In this document: positions 51,924-62,631 of the stretch, piece by piece | Position numbering within the stretch: position 1 is the stretch's first letter | How the letters are laid out: each line of letters opens with the position of its first letter | Origin: Kiritimatiellia bacterium | GTDB taxonomy: Bacteria > Verrucomicrobiota > Kiritimatiellia > RFP12 > UBA1067 | Direction of reading: 5' to 3' | DNA length: 64,000 nt | Assembly: GCA_017542055.1 (NCBI GenBank) | Contig: JAFXXW010000023.1 | Span: forward strand, 22,839 to 86,838 | Notes under the pieces: generated by a model | Told to the model about the DNA's origin: nothing | What the model saw: only the letters and a program-made list of their open reading frames with translations | The model's database searches: none | Made by a program: the position numbers and the translations under genes

Positions 51924-54900
51924 TTAGTTGTTAGGCGTGGCACTGACCTTGACGCGATAGAACACCGCAGTAGGCGTGCCATTCACCGCCGGCTTCACGG
52001 GGTCGACAGATGCGCTGGTCGCCAACTTGCGAGTGCCCTCGGTCTTACCTTCAGTGAAGCCCAGGTTGGTGGCCGCCTCGATGGAGTAGTAGAGGCCAGG
52101 CTTGGCAGTCGTGATCGTGACTTCAGTGGCATCAGCATCAAGCGCATCCGCCAGGCCTTCAGTCAGTTCATCGGATTCCGAAGCCGGGAACACAACCTCT
52201 TCATTGAGGTCATTGACCGGATCGACCTTCACTTCATACTTACCGTATGTCGCAGACTGCGTCACCGTGTAGTTGAAGTAGGTCTTGTAAGTTTCGGCCG
52301 TTACGCCAGTAGCGGCAGCGACCACAGCTTCCGGAATCTTCACCGAAGCTGCCGCGATAGCTGCTTCCTCGATCTGCGCCTGAGTCTTGCCCGCAGGGTC
52401 GACCGCCACTTCCTGCGTGGAAGTCGAATCGGTCGGATCGATGCCGGCAGACGCCAGCGTGTAGTAGCCAACCTCTTCGGCTTCCACCCACTTGTAGCCA
52501 TTAGGAATTTCCGAAGTCCAGGTAGCGGAAACCGCAACCGTAATACTGACTTTGCTCATGTCATTGTTGTCATCAACAACAGCAACCGCCTTTGTGGCGG
52601 AGAGCGAAGCTCCGGTCTCGATCCGAACATCGATCGTACGATTGGCATCATACTGGGCAACCGCAATCGCCGCGCCCTTGATGGTGGCACCATTGCCAGT
52701 AGGATTGTAGGAATAGGTGGCTACCGTGCCCGTAATGGAGGCGTTCATGGCAACGGACAAACTACCGTCACGGATTTCGATGCCGGACTCGCCTTTGACG
52801 ATGGCAGTACTGCCAACCGTTACATTAGCATGGCCCTGGACCGCGATACCGCTGTGAACATTTTCTCCACCAGTTGCCTCGGACGCATCAACCGTGCCGT
52901 TCACGACAATGTTGATCTCGTTCTCCTGATTCCTCAGGTTGCCGAGCACGAAGAGCATGCCCTTGACGGTGCCATTGACGGTCACATCAATCTTATTCTT
53001 CGTTGCATTGTTGGAGCCGAACACATTGAGACCATAGCAAGTGCCCTCAAGCGTGACATTCTGACCGATTGTGAGCGTACGCTTGCTGGTCAAATCGCCA
53101 GTGCCACGAATCTCAATCGGAGCCCAAGCAACATCAGTGCATGTAATCTTGCCCGTGCCAGTAACAGTCAAGCTACCACCAGCCAATGCAATTCCGTGCG
53201 TGGTAGTGATGTTGCAGTTGTTGAGATCAAGCGTAATGGCCTTATTCTCGGTCGTAGTAGCATAACGTCCCGAGCCCGCGAAGGCCGGCTCTGCACCCGC
53301 ATTCACGAAGAGACGCTCAGTCAGAGCCACATTGGACACCAACGTCACTGTCTGCCCGTCGGTTGCCGCAGCAAGCGCCTCAGCGAGGGTGGGATACAGC
53401 GTGGTGCCGATTTTGGCCTGAGCCATCGCGAAGGTAACATTGACGACCGAATCACCAGTCACAGCGGCAGTGTAGACATTGCCCACCGGAGCCGGTAGAT
53501 CAACCGGATCGGCTGCGCCCACCTTGATGGTGGCCGAGCTGACGAGGCGGTCACCATAGGGGGTCACCGTGAACGAGAGATCCGCGCCATCCTTGACGTA
53601 GAAGTAGGCTCCTGACGGACCGCCCATTTCAGCCGCGACAGCTTCCGGAACCTGACGGACCAGATCACCAATCGTTACGACGACATTACCGTCACCCGAC
53701 AGATAATCCATCTTAACCGTGCGGCGCTCGCCATAGCCATACTTGACGCGACGGTTGGGCGTCACACCGCTTATGGTCTCCACAATCCAGGTAGTGTCAC
53801 CCAAGAAGAAGGACATCTCATCGCCAATGACATAGCCGCCATCGACCGTGATGTCGATTCCCTGTCCGAACGAGACGGTCTCGCCCACATCGATCGTCAC
53901 CGCCTTATCAAGCACCAGCGCATCAGGCACCGCCTGAAGGAGCTTGACCGTCTGGCCAGCCTCGGCCGCCTCGAGGGCCTCGGAGAAGGTCTCGTACTTC
54001 ACGCCGCCGACCTCTGCGACCCAAGTACCGGCCTGAACGACCCAGTAGCCTTCCTGGAGCTTGGCAATACGGCCAGTGGCGAGGAAGTTCGTGCAGAGGC
54101 CGGAGTCGTCACCCTCTTCAGGGTTGACCTGCCAGAAGGAGCCGCCAGTAATGGTGATGAGCTGCTGAGCTACGTTTGCCTGGTTGACCGCCATGCCCGT
54201 CCAGCCAGTCTTGTACTGGTATTCAACAGCGGTGTTGTTCCTGTAGGTACCGCTATTGATGGTAACAGCAGCACCAGTGAACGGATAGACGCAAGCACCA
54301 GCCTGGGAATTGACGGTGACTGTGAGGTCTTCGAGCGTGACATTCGAGCCGGTTCGCGCCGTGATGGCGTAAACACCAGTAGCAACAATTGCGGTATCGT
54401 CCTGCGTGCAGTCGATGGTGCCGTTCTTGATGGTGACCGTGCCGCTCTTGACGTCGAACACGCTGCCGTTGCCGGAGGTGCCGGTACGGGTGATCTTGTG
54501 TCCGTTCAGGTTAATCGTGACCGGCGACATACCGGGACTCGGTTCCACGCGCTCCGTCAGCGTGATATCTTTGAGGACAACCACTTCCGCGTTATACGCA
54601 GTGGCCACAGCTACTGCCCCGGCCAGCGAATCGTAGAGGGTATAATCCACCCGGGCAACCGCTTCCTTGACCTCCATACCTTCCGGTCGAGTAACCGTGT
54701 CGGTATCGGCAGTAAGGGAAATCACCTTCTGAGAAGCGCCATTGATCACATAATCACCATCTGCCGTATAGGTGATGGTTACATTCTCTCCTATCCTCGC
54801 TTTATAGGTGTTGGTATCGGCATCAACCACTTCAGCATCCCCACCCTGCACCGAGATGGTCGTATTGTCCGGAACCTCGACAGTGAAGGTCTTAAACGCC

Positions 54901-57900
54901 AGTTTGAACGGAATGGTAATGGACAGATCGCCGGTCACCGCAGGAATGGTCGCTACAGCAACCGTTTCGTCCTCTTCCGGCTCTTCCGGTTCGATTTCTT
55001 CGGTGATATCTGCATCACCCATGACAACGGAGAGATCATCACTGTCCCCATCGATTTCGTAGTCCTCATCAGGCGTGATTGTGATTGTCACCTCAACACC
55101 GTGCTTGACCGTGTAAGGCGAAGCCGTACCCTTGATGTCGCTTGCGGAAATAGCAACCGAACCATGCTCAGTTGCAGCAACCGTAACCGTATGCGAAGCA
55201 GCATAGCCAATCGACACGACATTGCCCGCAGTGGCCGCCCAGGTGTCGGTGCCGAGGGTATAGGTGGTGCCAGCCGCAAGGGAAATCATACCGGTCGTCA
55301 TCGTCACCGTGCCCACGCTAGTAACGCCAGAGGCCGCATTAATCGTGAGATTCTTGTCGAGCGTGATGCTCTCGACATTCTTGTTGAGCGTAATCGTGTC
55401 GCCCTCGCTTGCGGCTTCAATCGCGGCAGCCAGAGTCGCATACGGCGTGTTGTCGTACGTCGCCTCCGCCAGAGTCGCCACGAGCTCGTAGTAACCGTTC
55501 TTGTAGTTCTTCGTGTAGAAGTAGTTGACATTGGTAGGAGGCACCACTGTCACCTTGTTGTCAGCCTGATCGATGAGACCGGTGAGCTGATATTCCCCTT
55601 CCGTAACGGCGAGACCCGAGCAGTCGAAGGTCAGCGAACCATCCGCGCTAAGCTGAACCGGAACACCGGTCAAGTCCAGCGCGCCATATTCCGTAGTCAC
55701 CGGAGTATTGATGACGGCAGCCGACGTCGGCTTGACAAAGTTGTCTTCCTCCTTTTCAACCGTAAGCGCCGCATTGCCGCCAATGGTCAGCGTCTCCACG
55801 TTGAGCGTTGCGTTAACGGCCAGAGCAGCGGCACCGTCGACCGTAATCGTCACGGAAGTATTGTAGCCTTCAACAACGCTTTCCGGCAGATCGTACTTGT
55901 TCTCCGTATCGCCGTCGCGATCCCACGCGTCAGTGGCTTCGAGTTCCACCTCGCCGGAAACCGTACGCGTGTAAAGACCACCCTGCGGGACGTAAGGATA
56001 GGCATCAACGATTGCTGCCGCCTGAGCATCCGAAATGGCGTAGTCGAACACCCGGATTACGTTTACAACGCCAGTCTCGGATTCATTGTCGGCAACACCC
56101 TTCCAGATGCCTGCACTGCGAACTCCATTACCGAAGTCCGCACCAACCTGCAAACCGGCCTGGGCAGTCGAACCAAGCGTAAACCCTTCACCGGCATCAA
56201 AGTTGCCACGCTTGATACCGTCAACCCAAACCGTGAATTCCGTTCCGCTCTTGACGATTACGTATGCATGGCGAGCAGTCGCCGCGTTCGGCACCGACAC
56301 CTTAACACCATGTGCATCGTCAACCGTACCGCCAGTATTCTTGGCGATCAAAACCTCATCGGCTTTCTCGGTAGTGGCAATCATGAGGCCGGTGCTGGTG
56401 CTGTGATACGAGCCACCCATGTGGACAAATATCGTCTTGGCTGTCGGCGACATCTGTCCCACCACAACCGCAGTAAAGTTATCGAGCGACGAGAACACGT
56501 CATTGGCATCATTGATGTAGGGCGAGCAACGCAGATAAAGACCGGTCGTTTCATCCCAAGCGTCATTATTGAAAGTCGCCGCGTGGTCGAAATACAGTCG
56601 CGCGCCTTCCTTTGCCTTGTAAGTGAAGGTGCCGGGGTTTTGACCATATCCAGACTTGCCGACATCGTCGCGATTGTTGGCGAAGGTGATATCGAACATT
56701 GTTGCCGCGCCGCCAATCTTCACTTCACCCGTGCCTCGAGAAGCGCTGCCGTTCTCCACCTCCAGAGTCGAGGTCGTTCCGTCGACGCGATTGAGCTTTA
56801 CGTACGAAACTCCTTCCAGATTGGAAACGGCAAACCTATCGTTTCCATATTCCGCTGACGTTTCTTTAATCACAACCGTCGAACCGGTAGTGAACTTAAA
56901 CTCTGCAGGCAACGTGCGGGTGGCACTGATATCGTACACCACATTGGCCCCCAGCGAAATGTCGCCCGTCACCTCGGTGAAATCAAGTTTCTCCACCAGC
57001 ACCTGCGTAAGTTCCGCCTCGCTCGTAAACGCCAGCGTGAAGGAACCGGAGCAAACAAACTTGACGTAATCGTACGTCTCCAGCAACGCAGCCAAATCAA
57101 CCGTGCTGGTTCCGCCGTCTGCAACTTCGATTGTCTTGAACGCCGGCTCAGCCTTGATGATCTGAACTGCCGCAAGACCGGCTCTGGCACCAGGCATGGC
57201 ACGGGTAGTGATCTTGAGCGTTCCTTCTTCACCTCGCGGCAGGATGGGGGAAACCAGATAGTTGCCGTTTTCGGTCAAAGTCGCATTATTGGCGGAACCC
57301 CACTTTTCGGTTCCCCAATACTCCACATCATTAAGCGAGACGTACCCAAACTGTCTGCCGTCGGTATCGTTCGAGAAATAAAGGACCACGCGATAGTAGT
57401 CGAACTCGGACGGAATACCGGTTATAGTGGCAATCGGCGTATCAGTCCCGTTGTTCCGATCGTCAATATAACCATGCAACAAACTCTTAGTCGCCTTGCC
57501 GCCACAGTACCAAGAACCTCTCGTGTCCTCCACCTTGACGCTTGTTCCGGCGGAAACCACCTTGTATCCGGCAGTGGAAACCTTGCTGACGGTCGAAAGC
57601 GGCGAATTGAACGTGCTACCGCCAACCGATGTCATCGTGCTCCAATACGTTCCCGGCACCGCATAGTCGCTCGCGCCAACCTTGCCGGAGGTGGAAATGA
57701 CGGTAGTGCCGGAAGCGAAGTTGATGTTGATGGAGGGATTCACATTACCGGTAAATCCGGCAATCGGCGTATTAGCATTTGCAATCGTAGCAATCTCTTC
57801 AGCCGTAAGCGCACCCTTGAAGATCGCAAAGTCGTCGATATAGGTCGTTCCAATGCTCTGCCCGCGAAGCGACGCATCAGCTGCAGAGCCGGCACGTCCC

Positions 57901-58931
57901 GGGCCCATTGCCGCCTGCTTCAGCACACCGGAAAAGCCGGAGGCGGTCTTGACGCTAGTTCCATTCTGATAAACCGTCAGGCTGCCATCGGTTCCGAATA
58001 CCAGCGCATAGTGCGCCCACTCGCCGGCAGTGTAGGCAAGTCCTGCAAACGGAGCATCGCCAGTGCCTCTATACATTGCAAACGAATCATTGGACATATG
58101 TTCCAAACGATAGTTCTCGCTACCGATGCGCAGCGCAATGAAGGAAGCCCAATCCTGAATATCGGATCCGATGTTGGCCCAGAACGAAACCGTGAAGCCT
58201 TCGGAAGTTCCGACGCCAAGGCCGCTCGTGTTGTCTGCCAGACCCAACGTGCCGCTATTGAGCTTGGCGGACTTAGTGCCAAACTTGACCTCGGTTCCAT
58301 CATAATTGCGATAACCGCTTTTCCAAGCTGTCGGAACTACGGTACCAATGCCGCCATCGGTCGCCAGCGCCACGCCGCCATCACCACAGTTGTCGCAAGA
58401 GATATAGTACAGTAGCTCGCTATGGACCAGCTTTAGACCCGAGACGCCATAACCATTCGTCGAATCGGAAGTGGCAGGAGCAATGGAAGCCTCTCCGTTG
58501 TAGGTGCCATTCTCACCTGACTCCTGGAAGCGATAACCTATGCCATTGGAAGCGGCGATATAACGGGCATTGGTGGCTACCGCCTTGATGTTATCGCCAT
58601 CCTGCGTAAGTTCCACGATAACGCACTTGATGTAGCTGCCATCCTTGGTTTGCAATTCGTAGCGCACCACGTCTTCGGACGAAGAGTTGGTGAACGTGTC
58701 GCGGTTGCACACGGCCGCAGGACCGGGATTGTCGATATAGCCGCCATCCATCGTTGCCGCGAGGAAGTACTTGGTGCCGATTTCCGAAAGCTGCACGCCC
58801 TCGAAAACGGTCGTCGCCGTAGTCGGCACGTACGCATCATATACGAGCGACGTTGCCCATGCACTTGTTCCTAGTATTGCCGCGCATGCGAGGGCGACAA
58901 AACGCATAACCCTTCCTGACGTATGTTTCAC
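51924..58931 (-). CDS. Giant (2335 aa) secreted repetitive surface protein with two LamG/concanavalin-like domains and beta-helix-like repeats
   Basis: GTG start with an AAGGAGG SD. Sec signal MKHTSGRVMRFVALACAAILGTSAWA. LamG-like segments FTVSFWANIG...LTVYQNG and IFVHMGG...FTVWVDG. Thr/Val/Gly-rich repeats. C-terminal FYRVKVSATPNN. Confidence 0.7.
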   Translation of the reverse strand: MKHTSGRVMRFVALACAAILGTSAWATSLVYDAYVPTTATTVFEGVQLSEIGTKYFLAATMDGGYIDNPGPAAVCNRDTFTNSSSEDVVRYELQTKDGSYIKCVIVELTQDGDNIKAVATNARYIAASNGIGYRFQESGENGTYNGEASIAPATSDSTNGYGVSGLKLVHSELLYYISCDNCGDGGVALATDGGIGTVVPTAWKSGYRNYDGTEVKFGTKSAKLNSGTLGLADNTSGLGVGTSEGFTVSFWANIGSDIQDWASFIALRIGSENYRLEHMSNDSFAMYRGTGDAPFAGLAYTAGEWAHYALVFGTDGSLTVYQNGTSVKTASGFSGVLKQAAMGPGRAGSAADASLRGQSIGTTYIDDFAIFKGALTAEEIATIANANTPIAGFTGNVNPSININFASGTTVISTSGKVGASDYAVPGTYWSTMTSVGGSTFNSPLSTVSKVSTAGYKVVSAGTSVKVEDTRGSWYCGGKATKSLLHGYIDDRNNGTDTPIATITGIPSEFDYYRVVLYFSNDTDGRQFGYVSLNDVEYWGTEKWGSANNATLTENGNYLVSPILPRGEEGTLKITTRAMPGARAGLAAVQIIKAEPAFKTIEVADGGTSTVDLAALLETYDYVKFVCSGSFTLAFTSEAELTQVLVEKLDFTEVTGDISLGANVVYDISATRTLPAEFKFTTGSTVVIKETSAEYGNDRFAVSNLEGVSYVKLNRVDGTTSTLEVENGSASRGTGEVKIGGAATMFDITFANNRDDVGKSGYGQNPGTFTYKAKEGARLYFDHAATFNNDAWDETTGLYLRCSPYINDANDVFSSLDNFTAVVVGQMSPTAKTIFVHMGGSYHSTSTGLMIATTEKADEVLIAKNTGGTVDDAHGVKVSVPNAATARHAYVIVKSGTEFTVWVDGIKRGNFDAGEGFTLGSTAQAGLQVGADFGNGVRSAGIWKGVADNESETGVVNVIRVFDYAISDAQAAAIVDAYPYVPQGGLYTRTVSGEVELEATDAWDRDGDTENKYDLPESVVEGYNTSVTITVDGAAALAVNATLNVETLTIGGNAALTVEKEEDNFVKPTSAAVINTPVTTEYGALDLTGVPVQLSADGSLTFDCSGLAVTEGEYQLTGLIDQADNKVTVVPPTNVNYFYTKNYKNGYYELVATLAEATYDNTPYATLAAAIEAASEGDTITLNKNVESITLDKNLTINAASGVTSVGTVTMTTGMISLAAGTTYTLGTDTWAATAGNVVSIGYAASHTVTVAATEHGSVAISASDIKGTASPYTVKHGVEVTITITPDEDYEIDGDSDDLSVVMGDADITEEIEPEEPEEDETVAVATIPAVTGDLSITIPFKLAFKTFTVEVPDNTTISVQGGDAEVVDADTNTYKARIGENVTITYTADGDYVINGASQKVISLTADTDTVTRPEGMEVKEAVARVDYTLYDSLAGAVAVATAYNAEVVVLKDITLTERVEPSPGMSPVTINLNGHKITRTGTSGNGSVFDVKSGTVTIKNGTIDCTQDDTAIVATGVYAITARTGSNVTLEDLTVTVNSQAGACVYPFTGAAVTINSGTYRNNTAVEYQYKTGWTGMAVNQANVAQQLITITGGSFWQVNPEEGDDSGLCTNFLATGRIAKLQEGYWVVQAGTWVAEVGGVKYETFSEALEAAEAGQTVKLLQAVPDALVLDKAVTIDVGETVSFGQGIDITVDGGYVIGDEMSFFLGDTTWIVETISGVTPNRRVKYGYGERRTVKMDYLSGDGNVVVTIGDLVRQVPEAVAAEMGGPSGAYFYVKDGADLSFTVTPYGDRLVSSATIKVGAADPVDLPAPVGNVYTAAVTGDSVVNVTFAMAQAKIGTTLYPTLAEALAAATDGQTVTLVSNVALTERLFVNAGAEPAFAGSGRYATTTENKAITLDLNNCNITTTHGIALAGGSLTVTGTGKITCTDVAWAPIEIRGTGDLTSKRTLTIGQNVTLEGTCYGLNVFGSNNATKNKIDVTVNGTVKGMLFVLGNLRNQENEINIVVNGTVDASEATGGENVHSGIAVQGHANVTVGSTAIVKGESGIEIRDGSLSVAMNASITGTVATYSYNPTGNGATIKGAAIAVAQYDANRTIDVRIETGASLSATKAVAVVDDNNDMSKVSITVAVSATWTSEIPNGYKWVEAEEVGYYTLASAGIDPTDSTSTQEVAVDPAGKTQAQIEEAAIAAASVKIPEAVVAAATGVTAETYKTYFNYTVTQSATYGKYEVKVDPVNDLNEEVVFPASESDELTEGLADALDADATEVTITTAKPGLYYSIEAATNLGFTEGKTEGTRKLATSASVDPVKPAVNGTPTAVFYRVKVSATPNN

Positions 58932-58966
58932 GATTAGCCTCCTTGGATTTTAAATTAGTTACACAT

Positions 58967-58995
58967 ATTATACCACCTTTTGGCCGCCCTGTCAA
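58967..58995 (-). promoter_or_regulatory. Perfect-consensus promoter TTGACA-17-TATAAT for the giant gene
   Basis: Minus strand reads TTGACAGGGCGGCCAAAAGGTGGTATAAT. Confidence 0.7.
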
Positions 58996-59101
58996 GTGTA
59001 AATTGCGGAAACTTCCAAAACTCCCGATATCGAAAGCAACTCTCCACCACGCCCTCTTCCTGCCCTCTACGGGCCGCTTTCCGGGCCTCTACGGAGCGGC
59101 T

Positions 59102-59434
59102 TCAAAAATTAAGGGCGGGGCAGATGGTATGGGAGTCGGGGTTGGTCCACTCGAACGGGAAGGTGCGGCACTTGTCGGGCTTGACGGGATTGATGGCGCA
59201 GCGGTTGTCCGGGGTCAGATACGCGCAGGCGCCATCCGGTCGACTTTTGAGCACGAGACCTTGGCGATCGGGGGAGAGGTCGGTCTCCCGCGCGATGAAT
59301 TCCGCCTCGTCCAGTCCCAGAAAGGCCGCGATCCGCGCGATTTCCCCGTCCGACACGCGCACGATGCCGTCCTTGATGCGACAGCACGCCCCGCAACAAC
59401 GGCAGCGGAAATCGCGCCTAGCCGCGTCCGTCAT
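59102..59434 (-). CDS. YkgJ-family (UPF0153) Cys-cluster protein
   Basis: CRCCGACC motif plus a downstream DGAC...C..C..KC motif. 110 aa. Confidence 0.7.
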   Translation of the reverse strand: MTDAARRDFRCRCCGACCRIKDGIVRVSDGEIARIAAFLGLDEAEFIARETDLSPDRQGLVLKSRPDGACAYLTPDNRCAINPVKPDKCRTFPFEWTNPDSHTICPALNF

Positions 59435-59703
59435 GCCAGGACCTGGCCACGCTCCAGGCGGCGATTGCGGAAGTAAAGGACGATATCGAAACCGACCACG
59501 AAAAAGAGCAGCACGTACACCCAGGTGACCCAGTTGAAGTTGTTGACGAGCTTGTGAACGATGCCGCACACGTAGCCCAGTTCGATGAGACAGAGGAAAA
59601 CGAGACTCTTCCCCTTGGTGCTGCGCGACCTCAGCGACTTGGCGATGGAAAACGGCCACGACGCCCCGAAACACACCAACATCATAAATTCGAAAACGCT
59701 CAT
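59431..59703 (-). CDS. Small (90 aa) membrane protein, unannotated in the ORF track as a separate gene
   Basis: MSVFEFMMLVCFGASWPF... with three hydrophobic segments. ATGA overlaps on both sides. Confidence 0.5.
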   Translation of the reverse strand: MSVFEFMMLVCFGASWPFSIAKSLRSRSTKGKSLVFLCLIELGYVCGIVHKLVNNFNWVTWVYVLLFFVVGFDIVLYFRNRRLERGQVLA

Positions 59704-61292
59704 GACGCTTGATTCCTGGTTTCCAGGTCGGCCCAGCGATCGACCAGTTGCTCGAGTTCGGTTTGGGCGGTCGAGAGCCGGGCGGAATCGACCGTTTCGC
59801 GCTTCACGAGCGCCTGCTGCAAGGACTCGATTTCCGCTTCGAGCGCGGCGATCCGGTCCGGCAACTGCGCGAGTTCGCGCTGTTCGTTGTAGGAAAGCTT
59901 CTTCTTGTCTTTGGGCGCGGACTCCTTGCGGGCAGGTTCGGTCGGAGGCGCTTCCTCCTCCGGACGCGCCTCCCCGGACAGATTCCGGAGGTCGAGGGTG
60001 GAAGTGACCACGTTGTCCATGAATTCGCGGTCGTGACTCACCAAAAGGAGCGTGCCCCGGTACTCCATCAGCTCCTCCTCCAGGAGCTCCAGCGTCTCGA
60101 TGTCGAGGTCGTTGGTGGGTTCGTCCATCACGATGAGATTGGCGGGCTTCAAAAAGAGCTTGGCCAAAAGGAGCCGCGCGCGTTCGCCGCCCGACAGCGC
60201 CTTGACCGGAGTGCGGCAACGCTCGGGCGTGAAGAGAAACTTGGCCAGATACGAATACTGCGTGTCGCCCGGCATGTTGTCGAGCACGCTGGCCTCGGGC
60301 TTGAGTTCGGCGCGAAGCTGGTCGAAAAACACCATCTCCACGTTGGTCCCGAGCGTTATCTCGCCGCGCGTGGGTTTGAGTCGGCCCGTGAGGAGTTTGA
60401 GGAGCGTCGTCTTGCCCGCGCCGTTGGGTCCCGTGATGCCCAGCCGCTCGCCCCGCAAAACGTCCATCGTTAGGTTTTGGACGATGGGCGTTCCGCCCTC
60501 GTACGCAAAAGTGACGTCCTCCACCTTGATGACGCGCATGCCGCCCGGCAAGGCGGTGTCGATTCTGAGCTTGGAGGTTCCGATGGACTTGCGGCGATTG
60601 GCGAACTCCTGGCGCAGCGCCAAAAGCGCCGCCACCCGACCCTCGTTGCGGGTGCGCCGCGCCTTGATGCCTTTGCGGATCCACGCCTCTTCCTGCGCGA
60701 GTTTCTTGGACTTGCGCGCCCAGTAGACGGCTTCGTCGGAGAGGAGCTCGGCCTTGCGCTTCACGAACGTGGTGTAGTCGCACTCCCAGCCGCTCAGCTC
60801 CCCGCGATCGAGATCGAGAATGCGCGTAGCCACGCGCCGCAAAAACCTTCGATCGTGCGTCACCACGATCACCGCCATCTCGCGTTGCCGGCGAATCATG
60901 CTCTCGAGCCAGTCGATGCTTTCGCAATCCAGATGGTTGGTGGGTTCGTCGAGGAGCAGCAGGTCGGGTCGGGACAGCAGCGCCTGCTCCAGAATCTGCC
61001 TACGCCGCCTGCCCCCCGAAAGCGCGTTGAACGCGTCGTCGCCGGGACGATCGGCCGGCACCTCCTGCGAAACGTAAACGGTTTTGAGGTCGGGCGCGCG
61101 GACGATCTCGCCCGAATCCGGCGCGGTCAGTCCCGCGATCACCTTGAGCAAGGTGGACTTGCCCTCGCCGTTGCGACCCGTCAACGCGGCCCTCAGTCCC
61201 CTTTCCACCGAAAGCGACACCTGGTCGAGCACGTCCGGACCGCCGAACGCCAGCGACACGTCCTTGAGCGATAAAAGAAAGGCGCGGTTCAA
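59700..61292 (-). CDS. ABC-F family ATPase (Uup/YheS-like) with a C-terminal coiled coil
   Basis: Two ABC cassettes (GRNGEGKST/LSGGRRRR and GPNGAGKTT/LSGGERARL). A C-terminal coiled coil. Confidence 0.85.
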   Translation of the reverse strand: MNRAFLLSLKDVSLAFGGPDVLDQVSLSVERGLRAALTGRNGEGKSTLLKVIAGLTAPDSGEIVRAPDLKTVYVSQEVPADRPGDDAFNALSGGRRRRQILEQALLSRPDLLLLDEPTNHLDCESIDWLESMIRRQREMAVIVVTHDRRFLRRVATRILDLDRGELSGWECDYTTFVKRKAELLSDEAVYWARKSKKLAQEEAWIRKGIKARRTRNEGRVAALLALRQEFANRRKSIGTSKLRIDTALPGGMRVIKVEDVTFAYEGGTPIVQNLTMDVLRGERLGITGPNGAGKTTLLKLLTGRLKPTRGEITLGTNVEMVFFDQLRAELKPEASVLDNMPGDTQYSYLAKFLFTPERCRTPVKALSGGERARLLLAKLFLKPANLIVMDEPTNDLDIETLELLEEELMEYRGTLLLVSHDREFMDNVVTSTLDLRNLSGEARPEEEAPPTEPARKESAPKDKKKLSYNEQRELAQLPDRIAALEAEIESLQQALVKRETVDSARLSTAQTELEQLVDRWADLETRNQAS

Positions 61293-61335
61293 GTCCGCGC
61301 CCTTTCTTGCCCAGCCTGGCTTGGTTTTGCCATGC

Positions 61336-62628
61336 TTACAGGTCGTTGAGCGCGGCCACGCCCGGGAGCGTCTTGCCTTCGAGGAACTCGAGGGAAGCGC
61401 CGCCGCCGGTGGAAATGTGGCTCATCTCCGCCGCCTTGCCGCTCTTCTTCACCGCGCTGACGCTATCGCCGCCGCCGATGATGGAAGTGCCGCCATTGGC
61501 CTTGACCGTAGCCACCGCCTCGCACACGCCGTAGGTGCCCTTGGCGAGCGGCGCGAATTCGAAGCAGCCCATCGGACCGTTCCAGACCACCGTCTTGGCG
61601 CCCTTGATGGCTTCGGCGAAAAGCTCGACCGACTTGGGACCCACGTCGAGACCCATCCAGCCGTCGGGAATGTCGCCCTCGCACACCTGGATGGTGATGT
61701 CGCTCGCGTCCTTTTCGGCCGGGAACTTGTCGGCGATGACGTTGTCGACGGGGAGGAGAATCTTCACGCCGCGCGCTTCCGCCGCCTTGAGCATCTCGCC
61801 GCAATAGGCCACCTGCTCGTCCTCGCATAGCGAAGCGCCCACCTTGAGGCCCTGGGCCTTCTTGAAGGTGTAGGCCATGCCGCCGCCGATGATGAGGGTA
61901 TCGACCTTGGCGAGGAGATTCTTGACGACCGCCAGCTTGTCGCTGACCTTGGCGCCGCCCAGGATCGCCACGAAAGGACGGACGGGATTTTCGACCGCGT
62001 CGCCCAGGAACTTGAGCTCCTTCTCCAGGAGGAAACCGGAAACGGCCGGCTGCAGATAATCGGCCACGACCGCAGTGGAGGCGTGGGCGCGGTGAGCCGT
62101 GCCGAACGCGTCGTTGCAGTACACGTCGCCGTAGGAAGCGAGCTTCTTGGCCATCTCCTGACGCTTGGCCTTGAGTTCGGCCTTCTTGGCGGCGAACTCT
62201 TCGTCGGTGAGGTGGATGCCCTTCTTCTCGTCATCCTTCTTCACCTTGCCGTCTTCGGCCTTGTAGAAGCGGGTGTTCTCGAGGAGCGCCACTTCGCCCG
62301 GCTTAAGCGCCGCGACCACGTCGTCCGCGGCCATGCAGTCGGGGGCGAACTTGACCTCGATCCCCAGCTTGGCCGACAGCGCTTCCGCCACCGGCTTCAG
62401 CGTGAAAGCCTCTTCGAAGCCCTTGCCCTTCGGACGGCCGAGGTGGCTCATCAGCACGAGGCTGCCGCCCTGCTCCAGCACGTACTTGATGGAGGGGAGC
62501 GCGGCCACGATGCGGGTGTCGTCCGTGATCTTGCCGCTGCCGTCCTTGGCCATCGGCACGTTGAAGTCGACGCGCATCACTACGCGCTTGCCCTTGAGCT
62601 CGACGTCGCGCAGAGTCTTCTTGGCCAT
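61336..62628 (-). CDS. pgk: Phosphoglycerate kinase carrying an approximately 25-aa Lys/Glu-rich insertion
   Basis: RVDFNVP and NDAFGTAHR motifs. An insertion [32 protein letters not shown]. Confidence 0.9.
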   Translation of the reverse strand: MAKKTLRDVELKGKRVVMRVDFNVPMAKDGSGKITDDTRIVAALPSIKYVLEQGGSLVLMSHLGRPKGKGFEEAFTLKPVAEALSAKLGIEVKFAPDCMAADDVVAALKPGEVALLENTRFYKAEDGKVKKDDEKKGIHLTDEEFAAKKAELKAKRQEMAKKLASYGDVYCNDAFGTAHRAHASTAVVADYLQPAVSGFLLEKELKFLGDAVENPVRPFVAILGGAKVSDKLAVVKNLLAKVDTLIIGGGMAYTFKKAQGLKVGASLCEDEQVAYCGEMLKAAEARGVKILLPVDNVIADKFPAEKDASDITIQVCEGDIPDGWMGLDVGPKSVELFAEAIKGAKTVVWNGPMGCFEFAPLAKGTYGVCEAVATVKANGGTSIIGGGDSVSAVKKSGKAAEMSHISTGGGASLEFLEGKTLPGVAALNDL

Positions 62629-62631
62629 GGC

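Noticed and set aside
54498-56858. 786-aa plus-strand ORF inside the giant gene
   Set aside because: Antisense to the well-supported 2335-aa gene. Its repetitive composition mirrors the sense-strand repeats.
59431-60927. 498-aa minus-strand ORF overlapping the ABC-F gene
   Set aside because: Alternate frame of the ABC-F gene. Only its last 90 codons (the small membrane protein after the ATGA junction) look real.
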